From the NCBI RefSeq assembly GCF_009914755.1, contig NC_060937.1: a stretch of 64,000 nucleotides of DNA; one strand, given 5' to 3'. How positions within the stretch are numbered: position 1 is the stretch's first letter; every line of letters starts with the position of its first letter. Positions 43,324 to 58,049 of this stretch are shown in pieces. The DNA comes from the human T2T-CHM13v2.0 reference genome, Homo sapiens. The notes under the pieces were generated by a model. That model saw only the letters and a program-made list of their open reading frames with translations, had not been told where the DNA came from and did not search any database. The position numbers and the translations under genes were made by a program.

Positions 43324-45722
43324 ATAAACACTTTTAATTACCTTATTTATACTTCTGAATACATACGAATTTTCAGTCTACACACAATTGGTTATTTCAG
43401 TCTTGATCCCTTATTGCATCTACTCTAGGCAAAATAGTCTATTTTTTAACTCCACATTATTTTTTTCTACTGTCAAATTAGAATCATAATCTATCCAGCT
43501 TAATCCAAGTTTACCTTATAAAAGTATTTTTCTATAATTTTCTCAACACTTAAAGCTTCAATTCTGTTGCAAGAATTTTGACATAAACTATTACTGCAAG
43601 ACTCGTGGAGGGGACATACAATAATGACTATATATATATAAAGTCATATAATAATGACTATCACTATATAATAATGATATACATTATGACTAAACCTGTA
43701 GAATATAAAATAATAAGAGGTATATACTTGTCAATGAGTTATTTTTCCTTCCCAGCATATTTTAATGACTTTTTCATGTGTCAGATATTTATCATAGAAG
43801 GCATAAGGGCAATACTGTTTGTTTAATAATTTCCCCTCATTTTATTTATCCTTTGATTGTATTTCTATTATTTCAGCTAAGCTCACTTTTTCTCTTTTCA
43901 ATAAAAGACTAAGATTGACTCATCAGATGAAAAAATTGATACTACTCTGATAAAAAATAATGACGTCTTCAATTTTGCCTTGTCATTTCGAGAAGCTTAG
44001 AGTAACCACGTGAAAACTGTCTGTGGTTGGGATAATGTTCAGCTCATTCAAAGAAGCACAAAGGAGAATTACTCCCATCACAATTGATACTTCTTTTGAG
44101 GAATCCTTTAAATCATTTTAAACGCCCCCACAAATAATTTTTCACTGCTTTTTTCTTATGAATGTTTTTCCTGTTAGAGAATAGATTTCTAGATTGCTTT
44201 GTTTCTGAGAGTATAGCCCCCCAAAAAATAATAATAAAGGGAAAGGCAACTTTCTGATCTTCTTTCCTAAAGCACAAATGACTTACCCTTCAAATGACTC
44301 CTGTGATTAGGGAAAATAAATGAGCATTATACACCATGCTTTCAAATACTTCATTTTCCTGTCATTATGGTGTGCTAAGCTTAACATTTCTAATTATATA
44401 CATCTGTAACTTTTATTCAAGACTCTTGTCCTTTACTGAAAGAATCTAGCTTTCCCAATCTTAGCTAGTGACAAAAAATAAATTTTCTTAGTCTAATTTT
44501 AAATTAGATTAATTGAAAACTCATTGAATTGTGCTAAATGAAAGATCTCATTCATTCTGCCTAATACTGGATGAAACAATTTCTTTCATGTGAACTCTGA
44601 TTATTTTCCTTATCATAAATTCCCTTTATGTTCATGCTTCTCCTCTGGCCTGGGATGCTTACCTCTTTTTAAAAATTATTTTCACTCAGCTTCATCTTTT
44701 TTGATTAAGCACTTGTATAATATTCTAATCCAATTTTGACATGAACAACTCTGAGTCTGCATTTTACTGGTAGATAATCAAAATTGTTTGAAATGGATGA
44801 AGTTTAATATGTCTCTAGAACATTGCTATCAGGCTATAAAAAACAGTTATTCGACCAGATTTCAATATACATGCAGACATTTATTAAGTAAATATGTAAT
44901 TAAAGGCACAGAATATTTTATAAAATTTATTCTATAAATAGAAGAATTGCCATATCTTTGTGTTTTGTGTATCTGAACACAACTTTCGTATATTATTTAT
45001 AGAGATATGTCTGATATTCCAGAAACTCGATTCTGTGACCTTGATTATTGGCAATGTGTAAACCAAATTTTCCTAATTCAATAGGTAAATGTAGGGCCTT
45101 TTAGGGATCAAACTTTAGTTTTCTCCTTACTGGCTTTTCTAGACTCTTATGGTTATTCACTTAAGGTTGTGTTTGTTGATAAAGTAGTTTAACCATTTTA
45201 CTTTATCAACTGCCAATAATCCAGTCCGAGAGAGATCCAATTTCTAATATTTATTTGGCTCATTGAAGACATACTAATTTTACTAGCTTACCATTTCTGA
45301 AATGAGATAAATGACTGGCCTTAGAGCATAGCTTAAATCAGCCCAGCTTTTTTACATGGTGCTATTCTGGCTGATTTGTTTTAAGTTAGTTTACAGATTT
45401 CATAAGAGTTAATTGGCATATTGTCTTTTCTGTGAAGGAACCCTCCTTTGCGGCAAAACAATGGGGAAAAACAGTTATTTATTATTCTATTTAAATTCTC
45501 TTCTACTTTAAGAGTTAATATGTGATGATATAGCTAGAAGCACATTGTCCATTTTATACTATTTGAAATCTCTGCAGTAGATTTTCCAGAGGGCCTATTC
45601 TTGAATGCTCTATGGCAATAATACAGCTGTATGAGGAAGAGAAATGGGTCAGCCAGATAATAGTTGTCTCTAAAATACCTTCAAAGTATCACTGGTTTTG
45701 CTACCTAGAGATTGGAGTGGGT

Positions 45723-46046
<324 letters not shown>

Positions 46047-47129
46047 CTAAAAAGCTAGATTTGTCAGAGGTCCCAAGCAGAGGAATGGTGAGTTAGCAGC
46101 CTTGCCTAGATATGTATCTAAACCTTTATTTAAAATCATAGTCTCAGGGAACAAATAACTTCAGTCTACACAGGCACTGTCAAAGAGGAAGAAGAATCAC
46201 ATAAATATAGAAAAGTCAAGCCAGAGTGCCCACGTCAACCTCAGACACAGTAACAATGACTGAGTGATTAGAAACATATCAAACTTGAAAACTGTGTAGA
46301 GATAGCAGGAAAGCAAGGAACTCCACGCATGAAATGTGGTCCAAATCCATTCAGACAAGCAGGTAGATTTTCAACTGTATTGATCCTGATTACTGTCAGC
46401 ATAATGTTTTCGCTCTCAGATCTTGAAGTATCTTGAAGTTTCTTGAAGTTTCTTCTAAGAGGTAGAAAAATAGAATTAACAGCAACATGCAAATCCTGTT
46501 TCCTTCTATGATTTTACCATGGAGGCTCTTTAATTTTTCGATCTATATTTACTGTATAAATAACTGCTTTTTATATGCAGATTTCCATTCAGTTGACCTC
46601 AATTACCTCTGTATTTGCATCCACCAAGAATTTCAGCAAAAAACCTAGGAATGGCCCTATTTAATGCTTATTCTTTTGAGTTGTGACTAGAAATTAGACA
46701 GAGGTGATTAAATAATTTAAGTCTTCTAGGTACCCAATGGATGTAGAGGGGAGAGATTTGCTTTCCTTGCTTATATCAGAGGCAAGTCAGCACCAAAAAA
46801 GAATTTCATTTTTACATAAGACTATTAAAGTGAGAAAGTGACTTATATATTGAGCCTATTTTGCAGCCAGTTCAATTCAAATCAGTTCTTATAGACAATT
46901 TGAACATCTACTACATGCTCACTGTTCAATTCCCAAAGCATGAAAATAAATAAAATGCAACCTTAGAAATTTAAAAGTTTTACTTTAGCTGCTGGATATA
47001 ATATAGTGTCCAGGTTTTTGACAATAAAATATACTCGTACAAGTTGGGGAAAATTACTTTAACAAATACATTATTTAATAGATTTTAAGTAGTTTGATTT
47101 TTAATTGAATGATTATAACAGAAATGTTA

Positions 47130-47300
47130 ATGAATTAACATGTTATCATTGCTTAATCTTTGCAACTATCTTATATAATACTTACTAATATTATTCCGTT
47201 TTATAAATTTAAAGAGATTAAAGTGGCTTTCTTCTGGTCACACAGCCGGCAGGGATAAAGGAAGTTAAGGCCTGACTTTAAACCCATGTTATCTGACTCC
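47130..47300 (-). mobile_element. MIR
   Basis: ttattccgttttataaa...agagattaaagtggctt...ggtcacacagcc...atctgactcca. Confidence 0.65.
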
Positions 47301-48090
47301 AGTTCTGTTGATATTGACTGAAACATTTTTTTCCCAAAAAGTATGTATTAAATGTCTACTATATGCAGACACAGTCCAAGGAACTTAAGATACATCTGTG
47401 AATAAAACAGATGAAAATATCTGCCTTCATGGAGCTTACCTTCTGTGGGGTCATGATATTAAACAAGAAACAAAAATAGGAATAAACAAATGAATGGTAT
47501 GATATGTTAGATAATAAAAAGTGCAATGAAAATAGTATGTTGTTTTAAAGAAAATAGTTATATCAGACTTCATTGAAAGGAGAACCTATAAGCAAAGGTT
47601 TCAAGGATGGGAAAAATAAAGTCATATAGATATTTAGAGACTGAAGGATAGGAAAAATAAAGTCATATAGATATCTAGAGACAGAATATCTAGGGAAAAG
47701 AACAGTCACCACAAAGACTCCAAATAGGGCATTTGTTTGGAATATTTGAACAATTGCAAAAATTGAATGTGGACCAGTGTTGTGAAAGAAAGTAATAGTA
47801 GAGGAAGAAGCAAGAGAAACAACTAAAAGGAGACAAATAATGTAGGAACTTTTGGGCCACAGTATTGTCTTAATATGTTACTCAAAGAGCAACATGTAAC
47901 CATTGGAGCATTTTTAGAAGAATGACATAATTTGCCTGATTGATCTGACTAATATGCTGAGAATAAGCTGTAAGGGAGTTTGTGTCATATTCCAGAATGC
48001 AGGCAAATGGCCACAGTGGTTTGGGTCAGGATAGGTGAGGAGACATTGTCAGAGTCAGTATTTATTTGAAAGTGAAGCCGACAGAAATTT

Positions 48091-48900
48091 TTTTTTTAAT
48101 TTGTTTCTTTTTGTTCATTATTATTTTTTTACATTTTACTTTAAGTTCCGGGATACAAGTGCAGAACATGTAGGTTTGTTACACAGGTATACATGTGCCA
48201 TGGTGGTTTGCTGCACCTATCAACCCGTCATCTAGGTTTTAAGGTCCATATTCAATAGCTATTTGTCCTAATGCTCTCCTTCCCCTTGCCCCCCAACCCA
48301 CAACTGGCTCTGGTGTGTGTTGTTTCCCTCCCTGTGTCCATGTGTTCTCATTGTTCAGCTCCCACTTATGAGTGAGACATGCAGTATTTGGTTTTCTGTT
48401 CCTGTGTTAGTCTGCTGAGAATGATGGTTTCCAGCTGCATCCATGTCCTGCCAAGGACATGGTCTCATTCCTTTTTATGTCTGCACAGTATTCTATGGTA
48501 TACATGTGCCACATTTTCTTTATCTAGTCTATCATTGATGGGCATTTGGGTTGGTTCCATGTGTTTGTTACTGTAAAGAGTGCTGCAATAAACATATGTG
48601 TGCCTGTGTCTTTAGAGTAGAATTATTTATATTCCTTTGGGTATATACCCAGTAATGGGATTGCTGGGACAAATGGTATTTCTGGTTCTAGATCCATGAG
48701 GAATCGCCACACTATATTCTGGAATGGTTGAGCTAATTTACCTTCCCACCAACAGTATGAAAGCATTCCCATTTCTCCACAGCCTCATGAGCTTCTATTT
48801 TCTGACTTTTCAATAATTGCCATTCTGACTGCTACCATCAAAAAGTGGGCAAAGGACATGAAAAGACACTTCTCAAAAGAAGACATTTATGCAGTCAACA
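48091..48900 (-). mobile_element. L1PA8/10-like 3' end with 5' inversion
   Basis: Minus-strand 3' end to 48831, then plus-strand L1 piece ccatcaaaaagtgggcaaaggac...gcagtcaaca (48835-48900). Confidence 0.93.
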
Positions 48901-49032
48901 TGAAAATTTGACTGATTGGTTTTGAGAAGAAGAATGGGAAAGGAAAGCTAATGTCGCAGTTTGGTTCCCAGCAATGAGAAGGATTGAGTTAGCATCAACT
49001 GAGATGGGAACATGTGCAGTTGGCCCAGCTTG

Positions 49033-49166
49033 CTTTTTTTTCCTTTTCCTTATTTTTCCTTCTCCTTCTCTCTCTTCTTCCACCTCTCTCTCCTTCCTTC
49101 CTTCCACCTTTCCTTCCTTCCACCTTTCCTTCCTTCCTTCCTTCCTTTTTTCTTTCTTTCTCTCTT

Positions 49167-49214
<48 letters not shown>

Positions 49215-49216
49215 TC
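49033..49216. repeat. Polypyrimidine CCTT/CT/(CTTT)10 tract
   Basis: About 180 nt almost entirely C/T, ending in (CTTT)10. Confidence 0.95.
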
Positions 49217-52200
49217 GCAAGGAGAAGTAATGATCAGGAGTTCAATCTTAAATAAATTTAAGATTTAGAAGTAGAAATATGTTGGCCACTATATGTATGA
49301 GTTTGGAACGAGAGGTCTGAGATGAAGTTTCGGGAATCACCACATGGACTTATTTACATCATTTATAATATACAGCATTTAAATCCATAACATTAAATCA
49401 GATTACCAAAGGAGGGAATACAGATTAAATATGGAGTTCCTGAAATGAGACGGTGAGTCCCATTATGCAGTTGGGAGAAAAGAGGGACCAACATAAAGAC
49501 TGAGCAATAGCAACAAGTAGATCAAATGAAAAAGCAAACAACAGCAATACAACGATTGCCCTGCGGGACTAAAGAAGATAATTTGCCAGGGAGAAGAATT
49601 ATCAACAACATCAAAGATGACTATTGAACACTGAATATTGGATTTAGTTTATTGGTGACAGTGAAAAAGCCATTTCAGTCAAGGGATGAGAGTGGAAGGC
49701 TGAGTGGTATGGAATCAGGAGAGATATGGAGGAAGAAGAATGAAATCTGAAAATATAAATGCATCTTTCAAACTATTTAATTGTCATGAGACCCAAAGAA
49801 ATAGATAGTAGTTGTATGGGGAAGTGGTATCAAAATAAGCTGGTTTGTTTGTTTATAATGATAGAAATATAGCATTTTGTATAATGAAGGAAAGGATTTA
49901 ATTGAGAAGTGAAAAAAAATGTTGTAAGAAAGACAGGGAGGAATTGCTGCGGCAATGTCCTTGAGATGCTGAGGGATGCAATCAAGTTTACAAATATTCA
50001 TTTTAAATAGGAATGTGAAATGCTAATCTATAGAAAGAGACAGAAAGGCAGAGCATGGCAATACATCTGTAGTTAGATGTTCTTGTAGGAGCCTGTGAAT
50101 GTACTCTTTTGTTTACTTAATTTTGCAAAGTAACAATCACAATGGGAGTGAGGATGTGGTGCGAGGTATTGATGAGAAGAGCAGAATGGAAAGAGTCGTA
50201 TCTGAGTGTGGGTCAGTCAGTGCAACAGGGAGCTACAGTATGATTGCAGAACAGCATGAAATGATTTTAAACCTCAACGTTAAGTACTTGGTTTATGATC
50301 AGGAATTTAAAGTGGGAAGAGTTATTGTTGCTAGTTTTCCCACAGCTTCATTAAGCTGCCTGGGTGCAGGAATAAAGTAGGCACACAGGGCTGGGTTTAA
50401 ATAGGGTTGTGGTTTTCTTAGGTGAGTGTGATGAAGAATGAGAGAGGCAGACAAGTTGAGGTATAAGTCAGACAGTTATTATAATGATTGATCATGGAAT
50501 TAAAACTTGTTAAGGACAGAAGAAGAAAGAACATCAATGGGTTGAGTGACAGCAAAAAGCCAAGAGAAGCATGTAAATGTCACCCTGAGAGAGGAAGCTT
50601 ACTGGAATCCAAGAAGGTGGTGATTAGAGAGAAAATGGATAGAATAAAGATACTGAAGCGCTGAAATTTTTAGATTGACAAGGATATGACACTGGCTGGG
50701 AGAGGCAGAGTTGGGGTAAAGGTGACGATGGAATAGAGTTCAATGAATTAGAATTCTGGAAGAGTCATCTTGGTATATTAAAATCACTAAAAATTTTTAG
50801 AAAGAAATGTATGAGAGTGATCCAAAAAACTAAATAAGAAACACCTACTATGAATCTAATCATTGCATTTTTAATTACTGAGTTTGCTGAAGAGAAAGAT
50901 ATATTCCTTACATTCCTATAGAAATGTAGAATTAGAAAAGACAATATCAATAGCAACTTCGTGCCTAAAGGCTTACCTGATTTTTAAAAATATGTAACTG
51001 CACTCCTGCTACATTTCTTGAAGTATCTCTAATATTATTTTCAACTGTGCTTTCCTGAGCCATCAGCCTTTTTATAGTTCAAATAGTTTCCGCATCATTT
51101 AATAGCTTGCTATGAATGACTCTGCTTTTGTAACCTGTTTAGTTAAAAACGGATGCTGCTTATTTATTTCAGTTCTCAGGTGCTTAGTTTCTTGCTTCCA
51201 CAGCTGCTTTTTGCTCGCCTCACCTCTCTGATGCTGTCAGCAAGAGAGCAAGGCTAAAATGGAAAACACACAGAGTTCATGTTCACACTCCTTTTTCTTG
51301 AATCCTGGCTTATTTCCAGCCACCTACTCCCTTGTTGCAGTTCACAGTAACTCAATCTCACTCTACATGAAGAAAGTAGATTTTCCAGTTTAATTTAGAG
51401 TATATAAAATTAGAATAAGAAGCACCATACAATTAAAAAAAGAGAAAACCTTAGCCAATCTAATAAAAGCGACTGACACCTCAGAGAGCAAATAAGAGAC
51501 TCACATCTTGTTCCATCGTGTTCTATTTCATTCCAAAAATGAGGCCCTGCTGCAGATATCACTTCTTTATTGGGAAATAAGTTTTCCTTTCCAGAAGCAC
51601 AACAAAAAATGATACGTGGTTGACAAGCTGCCCAATAACCCATAGATACTTTCTGCCAAGAACTTTATGCAAGGCAGTCTAATACTATCACGGCTCAGGA
51701 TTCCATGTACTGTAAGATTGAGGAGCATTTTTGGAGAGCTTCCTAAAAATATAGAGATGTGATGTTTAATATATGTGGCCAATTTCTATTCCCAGCAAGT
51801 TCCCCAATAACCTGGCTTGATCATTTTGCATTCTAAAATACATAGCAAATCCTCAAGGGTAATTCATAATAAATTTCTCAGCTCAAATCAATAAAATATA
51901 TTTTAAAATATTCTACTCTCTCATTTCTTAATTTTGCATAGTTTCAGCTGTGGTTCTATATTTGTCTACCTACAAAATAATAGGACTCTTTGTATCTGTC
52001 TTTTGGCGTACACTTTGAAAGGATGAATTGTATAATATGTAAATGATGTCTTAATAAAGCTGTTTTAAAAATAATAGGACTCTCTTTGTGACTTTTCCCC
52101 CAAATATTTTCCTGTGCTTTGTTTTTGTACCATTTGCTTGCACCAGAGCAGTTTGTATGCCTTTTCTCTAGTTTTATACATCAGCCAAAATTCTAGCCTT

Positions 52201-52616
52201 TTAAATAACTTTTTGTATCTATGTCCTTAGAAAAACTTTCTTCTGACAATAACACTATGGCATATTTTATATTATCTGATTTAATTGTTCTCCTTCCCTG
52301 AGAAAACTACTCAAAAATATGATATAAACTTTACTTCCATGTATTCAAGAGAAGAAGGCTCATGATGCAATGATTGTTTTCTTTGCTTAGTTATTCTCTC
52401 AGTACTATACCTAGCATTTGGATGAAAAGCTAAAACTAGAGGCTGAATATTCTCTTTCTGACTTCTTGGCTTTGGTAGAGAAGAATAGACTGTGCTTTTT
52501 ATAAAAGAGGTAAAGTTAATAAAATTAGAAAGACATTATCAAGCATACATGTACGTACGTGCAATACATGCGTATATTTCTTTTCCTGTGTGGTGGGTAA
52601 AAAGTGACCCCGTCCC

Positions 52617-53000
<384 letters not shown>

Positions 53001-53809
53001 TTATGTTGTCTAACTATAGCTATTTATAAATTAGAAGTTATTTCTTCATACAATTAGAAAGACAGATAACTAAAGAGTTAACGGTCAAGATATGAGTTGA
53101 TAAAAATATCACTTTGGGGTCACAGACTATTAGTAGTAAATCCCTACAAGCCACTGTGGGAAGAGAGGATCTTCTCTCTGGTCATCCTTCTGCTGCATCC
53201 CCTTGACTCGGTGAAGAGAAGAGAAGCCATTCATTCTCTATCCTAAATTTGACTTCGGCTGCGACTCACCAGAGCAAGAGCCAGATCCTTCTTCTCTTTT
53301 CATTTTCTTCTACACAATATATCAGTAGTGTTCCAACTTCACACTCTTTTATTTACAAATTTATTTGGAATAGGTGAGGGAGAGAATAATAGTTTTTACC
53401 TACTGGAGAGGAAGGAGCTATATGTTGTGTTCATATTATGTGAACTGTGTTTGGGATAGAAGATGGCTTCAGTTCTGTACAACTAAGTTAACTAGCTAAT
53501 TTTTTTTTAATTTGAGGCTGTATGTAATTTCAAAATATATATGCTCCTATTTATAAATACATCCATATATCTTACTGATAATTGCATTCTAGCTTGTTAT
53601 TTTTTAAAAATCTATAAGTATTTTAGAGGTAGAAGCCAACTATTTAACTTCTATGTATTCAGCAGGCACTAGATAGCATTTATGGAACACATTCAGTAGT
53701 ACACATTAATATTATTATCTTCTGTTGTTTTAATATCTGAATGATGGAGTAGTTTGACTTTAAAATATATCAATTTGTATAAATCTCCATTAACATAACC
53801 GTTTGATGG

Positions 53810-54350
53810 ATATATTTGTTATCTATTGCTGCATAACAAATTATCGTATGACTTTGGAGCTTAAAACAATCTATATTTATTATCTCTCATAAAGTCACCC
53901 AGGGTCAGCAATGTGGGAGTGGCTGAGCTGAAGTCTTCTGGCTCAAGTCTCTCATGAGATGTCCGTCAAACTATGTATTGGTGCCACAGTCATCCCAAGG
54001 CTAATCTAGGATGTGAGAATCTGCAAGTTCACTTACATGTCTTTTGGCATGCATCAGTTTCTGCATGACTGTTCACTAGAGGGTTCAGTTCCTCCTCATG
54101 TGAGTCTCTTTACAGGGCTGCTGACAACAAGGCAGCTTACTTTTTACAGAGAAGGACAGAGAGAGAGAGAGATTCCAAAATGGAGAACATAGTCTTTTAT
54201 AACACAAACTTAGAAGTAATATCCTATGACTTCGTTCATATGCTATTAACCACACAGATCAAATGCAGTACAGTGTGGGAGGGCACTGTGCAAACCTATA
54301 AATACCAGGAGGTGGACATCATGGGGCCATCTTGAAGAAAGGCTTCCACA
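53810..54350 (-). mobile_element. MLT1F-type solo LTR
   Basis: ttatctattgctgcataacaaattatc...ctggctcaagtctctcatgag...ggggccatcttgaagaaaggcttccaca. Confidence 0.8.
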
Positions 54351-54669
54351 ATCAGGTATGCAAATAGACTAGTTCTGTTAACTTTTGAAATTAAAGAATT
54401 TGTACTTATGAAAAAATAGCAAAATTAAACTTTGTGTATTCATGAATAAACAAATATTATAAATTGACCTAGAACCACTTTTAAAGTTAAATCTATTTAG
54501 ATGTAATGTGTATATTTATTTAGCATGCAATAAATTTTAAAGTATTAATTCTAAATGTTTTTAATGCAAATTACTTACTTATAAATCATTAAAATATAGT
54601 TATATAAAGTTTAGATGCTGGACATGGAATCTAGATGACTCAAGTTATTTCTATCAAGAGCAAATTATA

Positions 54670-54978
54670 GGCCAGGTGCAGTGGCTCATGCCTGAAATGC
54701 CAGCACTTTGGGAAGCTGAGGTGGGAAGATTGCGTAAGTCAGGGGTTCAAGATCAGCCTGGGCAAAATTAGCAAAATCCTGTCATTACAAAAATTTAAAA
54801 AAAATATATACTAGCCAGGTGTAGTGGCACACACTTGTAATCCCAGTTAACTACTCGGGAAGCTGAGGCAGGAGGATCGCTTGAGCCCAGGAGTTCAAGG
54901 CTGCAGTGAACTATGATTGTGCCACTGTAGTCCAGCCTGGGTGACAGAGCAAGACGCTATCTCTAAACAACAACAACA
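54670..54978 (+). mobile_element. AluJ (Jo-like) with (AAC)n tail
   Basis: J-type ggaggatcgcttgagcccaggagttcaaggctgcagtgaactatgatt; flanks ag(c/t)aaattata. Confidence 0.92.
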
Positions 54979-55066
54979 AGTAAATTATAAAATTTAGATA
55001 ATTGTGAATTCTAGCATTTATACTACCCCCTGTTGCAAAATTAGCAAGCTGCAATGAGATTATATG

Positions 55067-55070
<4 letters not shown>

Positions 55071-55104
<34 letters not shown>
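55071..55104. repeat. (CA)17 microsatellite
   Basis: Direct count. Confidence 0.95.
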
Positions 55105-55105
<1 letters not shown>

Positions 55106-56890
55106 CACAACACAGAGTTGTTTGAAAAAGACCAAAGATGATGCAAATAAAATAACAGTATTCTGCTATTTAATTCTAATGATAAAAAGGAAAAATTGCA
55201 AAATGCTAGAAGAAAATACAAACCATCAAATTTTGCATAGTATTTGCCTCTTATCAAGATATTTTAGAAAAGCACTTGATTTTAAAGAACACAATAAGAA
55301 GTTATAAATTGGATAAATATTTTAACATTTAAATTATTTTTATCCTTATTAAAATTCTGAACAAAAATTAAAATCTTATTATTGGGAAAGATGCTGAAAT
55401 AGTAAAGATTTCCACTGTTCTGTGTGGGATCCTAGTCTCCAACTGTTTCATTCTCATCCTTTTTGTTAAACACATATTATCTAATCGTTGCTACATGGCA
55501 ATTCTGGTTTTGCTGCATTTGCTATACCCCAACTTGGGGTTAATGAAATCTATCTTTCCCTACATCTTCTGAGGATATGACTTGTGAATAATCTTAAGAA
55601 CAAACTAAACCTTGACTGATATACTCCAATCTATCCTATTTTCTCCCCTCACAACACACTCCTTTGCTGATCTCATATTGCAGCATTTTATTACAGGCTT
55701 GAACTAATGGCTTTTGATATTTTCTTATCCTACTGTACTCAGTGTTCATAGTAACATACACATATTAGATGCAACTCCATCACATATCATATACACACGT
55801 GCACATACAATAGGTATATGAAGTTCAGTGTCAAATATATCTAATCAATTCTCTCCTTTATCATTAAATAATGACATTCTTTTTACATAATAACATTTTA
55901 ACCAATAGCTAAATAATGTCTCTGCAAAAACTTACTTTTGTCAATTACCCTAAAATGCCTTTCTGGTACACTTAACTCTCAATTTTTCTGAACTGTTTTG
56001 TTTTACTGATTAAAAAAAATTTGTAATCTGAAATTTCTGGGTTTCTATTGCATATTTAATTTTTGTTATTATCTAGTACCATACTGCTGTCTTTCTGATC
56101 TGTTTGAACTGAACTGCATCACTTTGAACAAAGTTTCCTTTTGCCATGCTTTTTATTTGCTTTAGTTTTGGTTTTCCTTCTTCCATAGTATTCATGTGTG
56201 TTTGTCTGTGTGTGCATCTTTTTGGCTTCTCTACTGCTTTAGACATTTACATTATCTTTCTGTTATCTAAGTGGCTATGGTTAAATTTTTAAACAGGCAT
56301 AATTAATTCAACAGAAACATTCAAAATTAATATGTTATCTTCTCCCTAACAAGCACCTAAAATTTTTTAATCTGATATTGCTATCCTTTGTTTGCTAACC
56401 TTTTAAAAATGTTTTCAAAATTATCATTATTATATATTTAGTCAATATTTATAGATATGCAACCACATGATTACCAATTTTTTTGATTCAACATTGCTAG
56501 TAACATACATATTGTAATTTCTGCCTTCAATTTTCATTTTCTGAGGTTCATGTTTAATTAAGTCTCTGTGCAATACTGTGTCCATAATAAATTATTTCTC
56601 TTTCTGAAAGTTTCTTTAATTTTTCTATCACGCCAGCATAATAATTCAACTGTGTATAATTTTCAGTTTATAATATCATCTCAGCCATTTCATGACTAAA
56701 ATTTATTTTTTACAAGCTTTACTTGTAAAAAAAAGCTTTACTTGTTGATGATAAGAGGTTAGTTATCAGTCTAATTGTAATTATCATCATAAATCTTTGA
56801 TATATTTTAATTTTTTTTTTGCATCTGGTGTTGTACTTTTACTATACAATGTTTAAAAGAGGATGTAATTTTATTTTACCTTTTAAAGAC

Positions 56891-57319
56891 TGTTATAATT
56901 TGGACCTGTGTCCCCATTAAATCTCATGCCGAACTGTAATCCCCAGTATTGGAGGTGGGGTCTGTTGGGAGGTGATTGGATCATGTAAGCGGAGTTCTCA
57001 TGAATGGGTCAGCACCACCCTGTTGGTGCTATTTTCCTCGTAATGAATAAGTCAGTTATCATGAGATCTGGTAGTTTAAAAGTGTATGGCATCTCCCTCC
57101 TGTCTTTTCTCTTCTTCCTGCTCCTGCCATGTGAGGTGCTTGCTCCTCCGTTGCCTTCCACCATGATTGAAAACTCCCTGAGGCCTCCCCAGAAGCTGAC
57201 CAGAAGCCACTATGCTTCCTGTATAGCCTGGGGAACCATGAACCAAATAAACCTCTTTTCTTTATAAATTACTCAGTCTCAGGTATTTCTTTAGAGCAGA
57301 GTGACAAAGACATTTCACA
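56891..57319 (+). mobile_element. MSTA-type solo LTR
   Basis: tgttataatttggacctgtgtcccc...aataaacctcttttctttataaattactcagtctcaggtatttc...caca; 5-bp TSD aagac/aagtc. Confidence 0.9.
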
Positions 57320-57331
57320 AAGTCTTTATAG

Positions 57332-57871
<540 letters not shown>

Positions 57872-58049
57872 TAACACATTTACACTTACACATTTTATGC
57901 TTTACATTTATATTTTGGGGACACCAGCATTTGTGTTTCTAACGTCCCTTTAATCTCATTATTATTATTGTTTCTCATGTGATATAACTTTGTTGTTGTG
58001 AGCTTAGCTTCAGATACATTTCTTCCCCCTATGGAGTCTCTCTAAAAAA

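Larger units (their letters stand above)
47330..50780 (-). mobile_element. Long L2 (L2a-like) interrupted by an L1PA and a pyrimidine STR
   Basis: 3' end tgtattaaatgtctactatatgcagac...ctgccttcatggagcttaccttct; collinear across the L1 (gaagccgacagaaattt|gactgattgg). Confidence 0.8.
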
